A DNA stretch of 63,947 nt, counting the filler, from Octopus bimaculoides (taxonomy: Eukaryota): the NCBI RefSeq assembly GCF_001194135.2. It is 6 parts of 6 records of this genome, joined end to end, with 100 filler letters (N's around TTAATTAATTAA, not from the genome) between each part and the next. Parts side by side here need not be neighbours in the genome. Positions count along the whole stretch, not along the records: positions 26,804 to 48,643 come from NC_068989.1; positions 48,744 to 54,925 come from NC_068982.1; 4 more parts are not named here. One strand, given 5' to 3'. Shown in pieces: positions 33,232 through 48,744 of the stretch (the stretch's first letter is position 1; each line of letters opens with the position of its first letter). The translations under genes and the position numbers were made by a program. The notes under the pieces were generated by a model. That model was not told the origin of the DNA and searched no databases. It saw only the letters and a list, made by a program, of their open reading frames with translations.

Positions 33232-36200
33232 TTCCTTCGTAACACAGTGTAGGTAACAATGCACCGGAGCTTTTAGTCATCTGTCAAGTCATAACCAAGA
33301 CCTCAGACAGATAATACTTTCCTTAAGATGTCCGCTGTACCCAATACGACTGCTTTTTGTAAAATATCAATCTTGCATGGGATTTCCAATAGCCTTAAGA
33401 AGTATTGAAGTTTCAATGGGATTGAGCATTATACTCTGATCACCACCAGTATCAATTTTACATTACCGTCTCGCATTCCATACAGTCTTGCCATTTCAAC
33501 TTTCAATTTGCTTCATTCAACCTCTTTACTGTCAACATTCATGTCATTTGGTAAGTCTACATCAATGATCTGACAGTATTTGTCTCTCTTATTCAATGAA
33601 AATATCTGGCTGATGGTGTTCGATTACACCATCCATCTGAAAATTATACTCCCAGAGTAGCGTTACTTTTCCATCCTCCTGCATAACTTTACTTGGTACA
33701 TACTCATACCAGTTCTCTGTTACATCATGCTGGTATTTACGGTATAAGAGCCAATGAAGTTACTCACACACTTTATTGTAGCGGCGCTTGTATTCTTTTG
33801 GGGCAAGGCTCTCATATCCACTCAGCAAGTGGGTCACATTTTCCACACTCTTTTCACAGAGTCTGCATTTCTGTGTGTCAGACGTTTTATACATGTTATA
33901 CTTCACTGAATTAGTAGCCAGAGCTTGGTCTTGTGCAGCAATGATCAGGCTTTTGGTGGTACGCTTCAAATCACCTTACTGAAGCCATGCCCACGGCGCT
34001 ATATTATCCTCTTGTGTCTTCCTTTCCAACCATCCAGGCATTATCATTTCAAAAAGGGCTTCTTTTCTCTTCTCCCCAGCTGTTTGGTTAAACACTTCCT
34101 TGCCCATTATTTCATCCGCATTTATACCTGTCTTTCGCTGCATACTGAGCAGGTCTTCATCACTATTTATCAAATACTCGCCATGCGTTCTCATTTCACC
34201 CCTTGTACAATGGTCTATACTAATTAGTCCTCTGCCACTATTCTTTCATTTCATATAAAGTCTGCTTTATAGCACCCAATGTAGCGTCATCAACTTTCTC
34301 ATCCTTACATACAGTGTTGATATTTCCTCCTTAGTCCATTTGAGGATGGACGCACTATATCTGATCACCGCAACTGCCCAAATATTCATTGCGGTAATCA
34401 AAGTTTTTGCATTCAGGTTGGATTTCAACAACATCTTCACCCTTTATTGATACGCCTCGTTGACCTTGAGTTTCATTTCTCTGTGTAGGATGTCATCCAG
34501 CTTCAAAATCCCTAAATATCTATACCCACTTCCGTCAGTGTCATTCAGCTGCTTCCTTTCCTCCTTTCATATTAAGTAATTAAATACTGAGCATTTGGTA
34601 ATCCCAAATTCCATACCGTTATCCCTTCCACTTTTCTGGACTGTTTTTCTTAAGGAATCTATCTGTTTTTTTACATTTCCCAATCAATTTCAAGTCATCC
34701 ATAGACAGAAGATGGTCAATGATAGGCTTTTCTTCCCACATCGGTAACCTATCTTCACTTTCTTAAGTGTCTTTTTTATGGGTATTAGTACAATTGCAAA
34801 AAGTAACGGAGAAAACGGGTTACCTTGGAATATTCCCCTTTTAATATTAACTTCTCCAAGCAATATATTGAGTACAATTTGGTTTTCCACTCTTTAATGC
34901 TTTGTATCAGAAAATTTGTGATATTGTCAGCAACACCAAACATCTGCAGGCATTCAACGATCCAAGAACGTGGCACCTTATCATGTGCCTTTTTGAATTC
35001 AATTCAAGCCATAGACATGTTTTAATGATGCTTTTTTACAATGCCTCAAAACTCGTTTATCGATAACCAAGTGATCCTTCGTACCCTGAGAACTATTCCA
35101 ACATCGTTTTTCAACTTCGTAGTATTTCTTCCTGTGCGAGAAAAGTGTATGTCTTTGCCGCACATATTCCAGATTGTGTTTAAGCATGCTATAGGACGGT
35201 AGTTTCACACACCATTCCCCATTCTTCTATCTGTCATTACCAGTGTTGTCCTCCCAGTCACCATCTATGCGCTGACTGTATCTTTCTGGATACACTCATT
35301 CAACTGGGCTGCTAGTCTTTCATGCATTGCGTGGCATCTCTTTAGCCAGAAGTCATGAATACCCTCTGGTCCGCGGGCGGTCCAGTTAAGCACTTTACCC
35401 ACTTGTTCTTTCACATCACCTGTGCTTATGACAATATTCCTTTTGTTTCTTGCCCCCTTGTAATTATGTCTTGATAGTTTCTATCCACAATACATCCCTT
35501 TTATGCACTATATTGTTTACCCGTAATCCGCTCCAAAACTCCTTGTCTTGATTTGGATCGGGAGCAACATTTTCCCCATTGTCTCCTTTTAACGTTCGGA
35601 ACAATTGCTTCGGGTTACTTTTGAACAATCTGTTCTCCTCAAAGTGCTTGTTTCTGTTCAGAAATCATCTGATCTTCTGGCATTTTTGCCATAATTCCCT
35701 GTTTTAACTTCCCCATTACTACATCAAACCCGTATTTCTCTATTTTATATTTCTTAGACAATTACTATTTGTAAATCTTCACAGCGAGAGATATTCAGCA
35801 ACATTACTTTGGAGTAAAGATTGTTTGTCAACTTAACATGGCAGTTCTGGTTAAGGACCAATGTTGCTATAATATAGCTCCAGGAGATATTGTCTCCAGC
35901 TGGCTATACGACACGATCTGTGACCTTATATTTTCGAACAAGGGAATCTAGCATCTCCACTCAGCTCTCTAATTTTTCTCTGTCGGTCCTTTTCACATTT
36001 TTCCAGTTTCCTCTTAACCATTGCTCAATTTGTCCTAGATCTTGCATCGCCGGCATTATGTCCCGTTCAATGCGTCGTTTCCATCATGATTCTTTAGCTC
36101 CACCATTTTTTGTTCTCTTAAGTTGTAATTTCTCGTCAACAAGTAGCGCAATAACTCGGCGAAGATTCATTGTTTGTGTTATGTCCTCCGTCTGGATGTA

Positions 36201-36857
36201 TGGTATGACAGTTTTTATCTTTTGTGTCACTTTATGTATCATACTCCTATCTACCCTTCTCATTTTCATGTTTTTTTTTTTTCGAAGAATTCATCAAGTC
36301 GGTAGGTCCTCTTTGAATTTCAAGCAATTCATTATCTGATTGGTTGATTTTCCCTGGATGTCCACCCACTACAATATCAGAGTTCACTGTATAACGTTAC
36401 TTTTCCTCATCTTTAACAGCCCTATCTTTATTTTCCTGTTCCTCTTGTCTATGCATCTCTCTGCTTTTAACTACTATAACTTTGTTTCCAAATCCGACCA
36501 TCCTTTGTAGCCCACTTTGACTCTCACTAATCCGAGATATTTCTGCCCCAGTAAAGTAACCTTTCCTCTTAATTACTCTCAACTGGTTCATTAATATATT
36601 TTCTGACATTGGTCACATGTCCTTTTCCATCCAAAATTTCATGCTACATCGGCCTAGTCCGCGACTTCTTTCCATTTTTGCTCTTTCATAACGTTCAGTA
36701 AGTGTATCGTACTTTTTCTTCGTTCATTTATGTTTTTTTTTGTTGTTTTTTTTTTTGCACACACCGTGTATGTGATCTGTTGTGGCATAACGACCGTCCG
36801 AGACCAAATCGCTGCTTCTGATGCGGGCGGTTCCGGACATGCTGCCGGGAGGAAAAC
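33232..36857 (-). mobile_element. Apparently full-length degenerate R4/Dong element (N), about 3.6 kb, flanked by microsatellites on both sides
   Basis: The N-terminus includes LMNQLRVIKRKGYFTGAEI and IQTEDITQTMNL. RT motifs are KRGIFQGNPFSPLLF and HLLSMDDL. The knuckle reads CRLC...THLLSG, followed by the RLE region and a 3'UTR starting gttatgacttgacag. Confidence 0.85.
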
Positions 36858-36900
<43 letters not shown>

Positions 36901-36908
36901 GTAGTAGT

Positions 36909-39090
<2,182 letters not shown>

Positions 39091-39859
39091 TAAAATATAA
39101 CTTAGTTCATTTAATTTTTTCCCTGTCTGCTTCTTATATTTCTCCTCCTTTTTCTTAACCTCAGATTTCGAGGTTTTTGTTGCTGAAACCCACTTACATC
39201 TCGTTTCCTTTTCATTCTTCTCTCTTAGTCTATCTACACCCATTTAGTTGGCTTATTCTTTCCATTTTATTTTTTCCTTTTCTTCCTTTCTCCTTTTACC
39301 CTTTCCTATAAATTATTTTTATTTTTTTCATTTCTTCTTTATTTTGCTTCCTTTGACCGTCTTTAAGATTATCTTGAGCGTTTTTCTTTCATATTTTTCA
39401 GTTTAATTCACAATCAACTACGTTTTATATTCAAACTAAAACGAAATTCAAATACATTCTAAAAATGTTTTCGAACAAACACTAAAATATATTTTACAAT
39501 ATCTATTTTAATGATGGTTATTAATACCACTTAAGTTGTATTTCAATACTCTACATCAACAGACAATCTGTAGTTTTTATCGAAAATATATACATGTTTT
39601 TTTCTTTTGATTTAGATTGAAAGGGAAACTTTAGAAAATTACGTCTTTTAACCCACAGTTTGCAGATAGTCCATGTGTACCTATATGTATATCTGTGTGC
39701 TTATGCATTTGAGTAATAGTATATTACTTCAGAGAAGATGTCTTGCATACAGGATACAAGATTAAAAATACCATTATATTTTATCTTGTGCTTCATACAT
39801 TATTAATATTTTTCGTTCCTTTCTTCAATTTGCATAAACTACTGATTTTCGTTACAGCT

Positions 39860-40258
39860 ATATTACTCTTTTACTTGTTTCAGGCATTTGACTGCGGCCA
39901 TGCTGGAGCACAGCCTTTAGTCGAGAAAAGTACTTATTCTTTCTAAGCTTAGTACTTATCCTATCGGCATCGTTTGCTGAACCAGTAGGTGACGGGGACG
40001 TAAACACACCACCATCGGTTGTCAATCGATGTTAGGGGAAAAACACAGGCACATAAACATATACACACACGTACATATATATGCATACATATATACGACG
40101 GGCTTCTTTTAGTTTCCGTCTACCAAATTCACAAGGCATTCGTCGGTCCGAGGCTATAGTAGAAGACACTTGCCCAAAGTGCCACACAGTAGGACTGAAC
40201 CTGTAACCATGTGATTGGTAAGTAACCTACTTACTACACAGCCACTCCTGCACCTATA
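39860..40258 (-). mobile_element. tRNA-derived SINE family 1, near-complete copy
   Basis: The head reverse-complements to aggagtggctgtgtagtaagtag...ggttcagtcc (A/B boxes). It has an internal microsatellite and the tail gctccagcatggccgcagtc...aagtaaaagagtaa. Confidence 0.85.
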
Positions 40259-40684
40259 CATCATATTCTGTTAATATGTTTCATATATGCGCGAATGCAT
40301 ATATATATATGCACGCATGCACATACACGTATAAATACGCTCACCCATATACATNNNNNNNNNNNNNNNNNNNNNNNNNNNNNNNNNNNNNNNNNNNNNN
40401 NNNNNNNNNNNNNNNNNNNNNNNNNNNNNNNNNNNNNNNNNNNNNNNNNNNNNNNNNNNNNNNNNNNNNNNNNNNNNNNNNNNNNNNNNNNNNNNNNNNN
40501 NNNNNNNNNNNNNNNNNNNNNNNNNNNNNNNNNNNNNNNNNNNNNNNNNNNNNNNNNNNNNNNNNNNNNNNNNNNNNNNNNNNNNNNNNNNNNNNNNNNN
40601 NNNNNNNNNNNNNNNNNNNNNNNNNNNNNNNNNNNNNNNNNNNNNNNNNNNNNNNNNNNNNNNNNNNNNNNNNNNNNNNNNNNN

Positions 40685-40734
<50 letters not shown>

Positions 40735-40744
40735 TTTGTGTGTG

Positions 40745-41318
40745 TGTGTGTGTGTGTGATAATTTAGAACGAAAATTAAAAGATTGTCGTTATAGTACTC
40801 GGAGTTTTGAATGTCAGAGCGAAGGGTTACGATATATTCTCGTCGTCTTTGAATGGCATTAGACGCTATGAAAAACCGTTGAATCAAAGGGGGGTTATTC
40901 TAATAGGAAGAAAAAGAAAAAAGAAAGAAGGTACAGAAATAGAGGCAACCATATTCTGACAATACATAGACATAAACCTCCTGCGATCACACTATCTACA
41001 TACGTAAACACTCACACAAACATGTACATGTACATGTACGTACACATCACAAAGATATATGTGTATTACGTACTCATACATGCACGCTTATCGACACACA
41101 CACATGTACATATGTGTGTGTGTGTGTGTGTGTGTGAACATGTTTACGCAACCTCATCCTCATATACACATAGTTGTTTACATGCATACACGTAACATGA
41201 TACATATAGAATAGACATTTATACGTATAAATATTCGTATATATATATATATATATAGACAGACGTACTTTCACACTCTCACGTACACATATACATATAC
41301 ATACATATATATATATAT

Positions 41319-41371
<53 letters not shown>

Positions 41372-42760
41372 CATATATNNNNNNNNNNNNNNNNNNNNNN
41401 NNNNNNNNNNNNNNNNNNNNNNNNNNNNNNNNNNNNNNNNNNNNNNNNNNNNNNNNNNNNNNNNNNNNNNNNNNNNNNNNNNNNNNNNNNNNNNNNNNNN
41501 NNNNNNNNNNNNNNNNNNNNNNNNNNNNNNNNNNNNNNNNNNNNNNNNNNNNNNNNNNNNNNNNNNNNNNNNNNNNNNNNNNNNNNNNNNNNNNNNNNNN
41601 NNNNNNNNNNNNNNNNNNNNNNNNNNNNTACAATTAAACCTTGGGAGAGGCATTATGCCGGTAATAAACACACGCACTGGTTCACTCCTTTATTAATTTA
41701 TCAATCTTGCACACGAAATACACATACGAAATATATATATTTTTAATTATGTATATATTAATATTATCTTGGTTGAAAAAATTCGATAATGCAAATATGT
41801 TAATAGTCGCCAGGGTAGCAAAAATCACACATAAACAGGGATATCATTTATATAAATGTATGTGCATATACCAGCATCTCTCACTTCTTTGGAGTAGTGT
41901 GCGCATAATTTTTGAAACGTATGTAGGAATTAAAGGAACTTATTTATTATATGCGTTTTCCTCCATTTATTATTATTCTTTATATATATATACCCTCCCA
42001 TCAAACACCTACACCCGTACATATAAAAATATGCATATCCGTATTATTGAAGAAAACGTGTGCATGAAAGTCACATAAATGCACCCGACACAGTCTTAAA
42101 CTCATATACATACATATACGAATGCACATATATACACACGCACACATATATATATTAAATATATATATACATACTCATGTGTACACCCACATGCACATTC
42201 ACACAATTAAAAAGGTAAAGGAAAAATATATATATATAAAAAGTTAAAAATTAACAATAATTGGATGTTAGAACGTATGTGAAAGTTTGTACAGGAACAT
42301 ATTGAAAATATGAATTCCAGCCGTAGTCTCGGTGTTTCCAAAACCGTAAGAGGTATTTTGTGACATTTGGACATTATCCCAAAAGTTCAGTTCTTGAATT
42401 TAGACGTGTAGCGAAGTCCAAGGAACTTTTCCAAATGAGCAATTTTTCCGTATTACAAAGACCGCACTTGCCACTACCGTGAGTTTGTGTGAGGGTGAAC
42501 ATATGTAGATGTTGTGAACACAGGAGGTTTCTGTTTCCATATTGTGAAAATATGGTTGCCTGTATTTCTTTAGTCTTTCTTTTTCTTTTTTCTGCCTATT
42601 AGAGTCACTTCTCTTTTATTCAACGGTCTTAGCGTGCGTTGTCATAGATAACCGTCGAAAATGTAATGTAGCTCTCCGATCCGAAATTCGAAACTCCCTG
42701 TACTATAATGACAACCTTTTACTGTTTGTTCTAAATTATAACACACGCACACACAAATAC
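40745..42760. repeat. Inverted pair of repeats of about 280 bp (40745-41020 and 42483-42760), each ending outward in (CA)n
   Basis: The left arm (reverse complement) and the right arm share caggaggttt, aatatggttgcct, cctattaga, attcaacggt, gtactataa.gacaa.ctt and gttctaaattat. Confidence 0.7.
42330..42480 (-). mobile_element. Penelope-like element, ORF C-terminus fragment
   Basis: It reads GKCGLCNTEKLLIWKSSLDFATRLNSRTELLG*CPNVTKYLL, matching the CxLCxxEK...LNxRxE end of PLE GIY-YIG ORFs. Confidence 0.7.
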
Positions 42761-45054
42761 ACACACACACACATATGTATAATTGAGATTCCGTTGAATT
42801 AAGTACAAATAAATAGAATTTTAACCAGTTAGACACAATAGTATAATTTTTCTCAAATACTTTAATAGAACAAGAAGATGGACGAAATTCATGTTGTGGC
42901 TATTGTAGCTAAGAACAGACTACACTTCCAAGAATGGCATGAAGTCCACTGGGGTCATACCTTGTAAAGGATTGTGGTTTATTTCTAATTTATTTGTCTT
43001 TTAATCAGCTACTAAATCTAAGACTAGAGGACTGTGCCTGTTTAGAATGAAGGGCAAGAGTGAGTTGACAGCTCATGGCTAGGTTTTGGTCATAAATATT
43101 GTCATAGGTATACGTTTTCCTCAGGGAGGGAGAAAGAAATTAGGAGTAGTAAATTGGATATAGAGCAACTGTCTATAAAAGGATGCTGGGTAGCGGAAGA
43201 CTCCAAATCATGATGTCAATTGCCAGTTAAAGGGGCATGACGCTAATAAAACCTAGGATGCTAATACAGAGGACATTTTATCTTTGGGTACTCTGGGTGA
43301 TTGTTTGTAAACAATATTGTTACGTTGTATAAACATAAAATTTAAGACTATCTAAAATGATATCATAATCAAAATAGGTAAAATGTGTGTATGTGTCAAT
43401 TATCAACATTATAAAGGAAATATTACATAAAATTAGTTTAATGTTCATTGATGTACTTAATTCATTATTTACTAGATGGTTTCCATAATGAACGCTCATG
43501 CATTTACTTATAGAATACTGGAAAGATAAACATACTATTTATATATTAATCATAAACCAAGAATCATAAAAAAATAAAGATGTGTACAGATACACACACA
43601 TATATATATATATGCCAACATGCACACATACACATACACAAATAGTTATACGTTTATATGGATATATAGTATAACCATCTCGCATCAGCAAAGTATCTAT
43701 TTACGAACAAGAAATGTAATTTATAAGGGATAAGACTATAGAAGGTGATGCACATATATGCATATATACACATATACAAATATTTATACGTTTATATGGA
43801 TATAGTATAACCATCTCCCATTGACCTAACTAGATGCAAAATCTCTATTTAAGAACAGTAACATCTTATCAGAGATAAGAGATTAATAGGTAAAGATATC
43901 AAAATAAGAAAACACAATAATAAGAAATTATAGAAAATAATAAGAAATATATATAATCTACATTTAAAGAAACAGGGTATTAAAATTTGAGGTAGTGAAG
44001 AGTGAAATTAACCCGAAAATAGGAGGTAGTAGGTATAGGCGTAGTGAGGGCAGTTAGAGGTATTCAGACCAAAGAGTTTGTATAAGTTGTAATGTTACAG
44101 GTGCTATTATATATATGATCGTATAGTTTCTAGCAGGTATATAATGAGGAGACTTACATAAAAGACATTACAAATATACATAATATGATCAGTAGGGTAG
44201 AACTTCATAGACATGAAAAACAGTTTAATTACCAAAAACATAATGAAGTCAGAGTAACTAGGCAGTAGTTATCATGAGATCTTCTTTCTCCGTTAAAGTA
44301 TTTCAGAAAAATTATATTAATATGTCCAACTATTTAAAATTCCATTTATTTGTGCAGCTAATAATAGCACTGCATTTAAATTGGTGATTGCATTGTTCAA
44401 TTACATGGAGCCGCTCTAAACGGTCGTACTGCACCACGTCTTGATATCCTTTTCCTTATTTAGATTATATATATATATATATATATNNNNNNNNNNNNNN
44501 NNNNNNNNNNNNNNNNNNNNNNNNNNNNNNNNNNNNNNNNNNNNNNNNNNNNNNNNNNNNNNNNNNNNNNNNNNNNNNNNNNNNNNNNNNNNNNNNNNNN
44601 NNNNNNNNNNNNNNNNNNNNNNNNNNNNNNNNNNNNNNNNNNNNNNNNNNNNNNNNNNNNNNNNNNNNNNNNNNNNNNNNNNNNNNNNNNNNNNNNNNNN
44701 NNNNNNNNNNNNNNNNNNNNNNNNNNNNNNNNNNNNNNNNNNNNNNNNNNNNNNNNNNNNNNNNNNNNNNNNNNNNNNNNNNNNNNNNNNNNNNATATAT
44801 ATATATATAAGCACATTGATGCAAACAGGAATATTGAGCTGAAGATATGAGTATATATTTATATTCATTAATATGTAACTGAAGCAACAAGGACTCAATG
44901 TTCAAGAGCTTCGTGCGTTGGTACTTATCAAGTTGATAAGTGCCAACGCACGTAACACTTTGACCTAGAATCACCCTGCTACTTCTGCTAAATATTAATA
45001 AAAATATATTGATATATGTTAATATATTTCTTTCACTATTTCCAGCTAGAGAGA

Positions 45055-45335
45055 TGTGTCCATCCTGGAGCACCACCGGTAACTTTGCTACACTTTAATT
45101 GCTTGAAAACTCTTCTGCTACTCTGATATGCGACATTTGGTGAACGAGTGAGTTTGAAGTCGCTGCTCCAATCTGTGTTCCCTCTTGCGAGGTAGGTTCA
45201 CCTGAAACACTTGAAAGTAGGAGATCCAATTTTGTTTTAAAGACCCTTACTTTCACCCTAAGTAAATCTCTCGGGCTTTTTAGGATGATATTGAAAAGTT
45301 GTGGGCCATTGAGGCCCATGATGTTGCAGCGTCTG
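45055..45335 (-). mobile_element. CR1 3'-end fragment
   Basis: ORF 45095..45319 reads GPQLFNIILKSPRDL...VFKTKLDLLLSSVSGEPT...AATSNSL. The tail is ggtggtgctccaggatggac. Confidence 0.8.
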
Positions 45336-45339
45336 ATCT

Positions 45340-47720
45340 TCCGTCATTTAAAAATTAAATAGATCTAGATTTATGGTCTAACACGCAGAAGTCCTTAATT
45401 TGGTTTTATAATATTTAGCATAAATGCAAATACAGATTCCTGCAGATTCATGTTGAAAATTGCTATTTCTCTATAAATCCTACTATATGAGGTAGCGTTC
45501 TCTTATTTTTTAGAAGAAAAAGAGTATTTCCGTGAAGGAAATTAATGTAATTCTTACAGCACATAAATCAATTATAAAATTCGATAAATTATGGACTAGG
45601 GAGGATGCCCCTGACTGTTTTGTTCTAACAATGGGTTCTCCAGATTCTGCCAAGCTCTCTGACCTAGTAGGAATTTATCTTCTCTCTGTGCTACATGATG
45701 AATTCCCAGTGATTGGGGAGGGTTAAATAGTGGCCATGCATCGTTCATTATAAAACACCTCTCTAATAGACGTATGGAAGTTATTAAGAAACAGATGTAT
45801 AAATTCTTTAAGAAATTGATCTTACTATCACTATATATATAGAGAGAATATAACTCTATTAATTTCTTAGATGCTAACGTAAATTTAGTAACAGGGTCAG
45901 ATAAAACATTTAAAAACCCTAACTCTACTATTAAGTACATATATTCCTAAAGTAATCATCCATACTCATTTAAAAATGTACTAATTAAAAATATTAGCAG
46001 AAGAATTTCTTACATATAATCCACATATAGATAATATAGATCATTATAAAAGTAACAACTGTAGTAATAATAATAATTATTATTACAACGACACAAACAG
46101 AAATACCCCTAGAATAAAAACAAATGTACATAATGGCATTAACACTAATACTAAAGCTATAGAAATAAATTCTAACTATAAGAAAATTATATATAAAAAT
46201 ATAAATAATAATAAAAATAAGACTTAAATAAATATGAAACACTTGCTGAAAATAATTATAAGGGTAAAAGCTTAAATAGAACTAATACTAAGCTATATTG
46301 TAATTTGAAGGTTAAGAATATAAAGGCAATCATACCTGATAATAAAAATAAATAAAATAAATATATACATAAATATAAAGCTGGCAATAATAGCTCCACT
46401 TTTAATAGAAACGATGAATTATATCAGGAGCCGGAGTGGCTGTGTGGTAAGAAGCTTGCTTACAAAGCACGTGGTTCGGGTCAGTCCCACTGCGTGGCAC
46501 ATTGCGCAAGTGTCCTCTAGTGTAGCCTCGGACCGACCAAAGCCTTGTGAGTGGTTTTGGTAGACGGAATCTGAAAGAAGCCCGTCGTATATATATATAT
46601 ATGTATATGTTTGTGTGTCTGTGCTTGTCCCCACAACATCGCTTGACAACCGATGCTGATGTAGTTACGTCCCCATCACTTAGTGGTTCGGCAAGAGAGA
46701 AATAGTATAAATACTAGGCTTACAAAGGATAAGTCCTGGGGTCGATAAAAAGATAAAAGAATAAATGGCTGTTCTTTCTGGGGGTGGGGAGTCATTCCCT
46801 TTTAGTGCCTTAAAAGCATTTACCGGTAAAATTTCCACTCATTTCTGTTGCGTCTTGCAACCTTTTCAGTAGCTGTTGACTCTGTCCGTTATTCAAGCTG
46901 TGTTCTTTTTGTTTCTTTGTGCGCAAGTGTGTGGGTCAGGCTGTGTGCTCATACACATGTATGCATGTATATTACGGGTTAGTGTGTTAAATTATAAAGC
47001 ACTAAAAGAGTTGCTTCAATACACCAACTCATATAAAGAACCTTGCAAACCAAATCCAAAAACATAATATATGGTAGAGTTTGCCTTTTGCAATCAAATC
47101 AAAAGTAACTTGATAAAATCACTTCTTTCAATTATTAATAAGCATTTTAGTTATAGCAATAGGTATCATGAAATTGTCTATAATAAGACTATTCATATTG
47201 GATATAGTTTAACTCATAACCTTGCAACTAATACGTAATCTATAAATGATAGCAAATTAGAGATGTTCTGCTGGAATACAAGTAATTCTAACAGGAATGA
47301 TAACAATAGCGACATTTTAGACCACCCAGTAATTAACCCTAATAACAATAATAACACACTTCTGCTGAAAATACCAGTACTTACTATAGAGCGAATATCA
47401 ATATACTGTAACGGTACAAGGAATAAAAGATTCTCATGTGGGTTCGACACGAAATGAGGTTGAAAGACGAATTGCCACTTATCTCTACACTTTCAGGAAT
47501 CCACATAAATCTAATTCTACAGGAGAAGAATTAGATTTGGGAAATACTTGCTGCAGCACATTCCTATCAAATTTATATGAATAACTGTTATTTATGCTCA
47601 AATTAATTTTTCTTTTTATTCTCTCTGCAAAATACCCTATTCTTAACATCTGAGATGAACGCAATTTTCTTGCATGCACAAAACCAAATTTGTATTTTCA
47701 AAATATGGATAAAATATTAT
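45340..47720 (+). mobile_element. Fragmented Penelope-like element (RT and GIY-YIG)
   Basis: RT reads FVLTMGSPDSAKLSDLVGIYLL (FDVTMGSFDGAEVCELVG-like) and INFLDANVNL. The linker reads NQIKSNLIKSLLSIINKHF and IGYSLTHN. The endonuclease reads HVGSTRNEVERRIATYLYTFRNPHKSNST. Confidence 0.7.
46428..46745 (+). mobile_element. tRNA-derived SINE family 1
   Basis: It starts ggagtggctgtgtggtaagaagcttgctt and has the body cagtcccactgcgtggcac...gaaagaagcccgtcg. Confidence 0.85.
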
Positions 47721-48744
47721 ATCGCTATTTTATTCCAACATACTAACATGCGTGTTTAAGTTATATAACAGCTTACTTACCCATTTCCCTTGCTACTTTA
47801 TGTTATATAAACCCCACTCAACGGTTCCCATTTTATGTTTAATTTTTACCATGTATATATATTTATATATACATTATATNNNNNNNNNNNNNNNNNNNNN
47901 NNNNNNNNNNNNNNNNNNNNNNNNNNNNNNNNNNNNNNNNNNNNNNNNNNNNNNNNNNNNNNNNNNNNNNNNNNNNNNNNNNNNNNNNNNNNNNNNNNNN
48001 NNNNNNNNNNNNNNNNNNNNNNNNNNNNNNNNNNNNNNNNNNNNNNNNNNNNNNNNNNNNNNNNNNNNNNNNNNNNNNNNNNNNNNNNTATATATATAGA
48101 TACTCATCTATAGCTGCATGTATATTATAAACCTTTTGTGAGATGAAAGCAATGGCTCTATATTTGTAATTTTGATTTTAATACACAGATTTTAGTTATT
48201 TTAGTTATTCTTATTCCTGATGCTTATATGAATGTTTAAATTGTTTAACAGCTTATTACACCTTTTCTCCCTCTCACTATACTCTCTTTAACCCCTTTAT
48301 GGCTCCCCTATTATATTTATTCCTTACTATGTATACACATTTATTTGTATCAGTATTCATATTTTACGCTCTCTTATCCATATTGCTTATTAATTTAATA
48401 ACTATATGATTATAAACACCATATTTACTATGTACACATACTACGCTTACTGCATATCTTGCACATGCCTCATAATACTCTAACTTTATTGTTCCTCTAT
48501 TATATTTATTAATCACAATGTACATCTTTCTATTCATATCTATATTTTTAATGCTAAGCCTTTTCATTTTCTTCTGATTAATTGGCTTTACCATCTAAAT
48601 TATATTTGGTCCTAACTCCACCTATATATATATATATATATATNNNNNNNNNNNNNNNNNNNNNNNNNNNNNNNNNNNNNNNNNNNNTTAATTAATTAAN
48701 NNNNNNNNNNNNNNNNNNNNNNNNNNNNNNNNNNNNNNNNNNNA

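Noticed and set aside
40770-40899. Apparent minus-strand exon (strong polypyrimidine-AG, open frame NNPPLIQRFF...)
   Set aside because: The segment, including its acceptor-like tract, has a diverged inverted copy at 42570-42760, so it is a repeat. It also has no good donor.
43620-43890. Diverged tandem duplication of about 140 bp
   Set aside because: The duplication is real but AT-rich and featureless, with no evidence of function or element identity.
48200-48270. Possible Penelope hammerhead (cctgatg...aacagct)
   Set aside because: CUGAUGA and GAAA are both broken and no stems can be formed.
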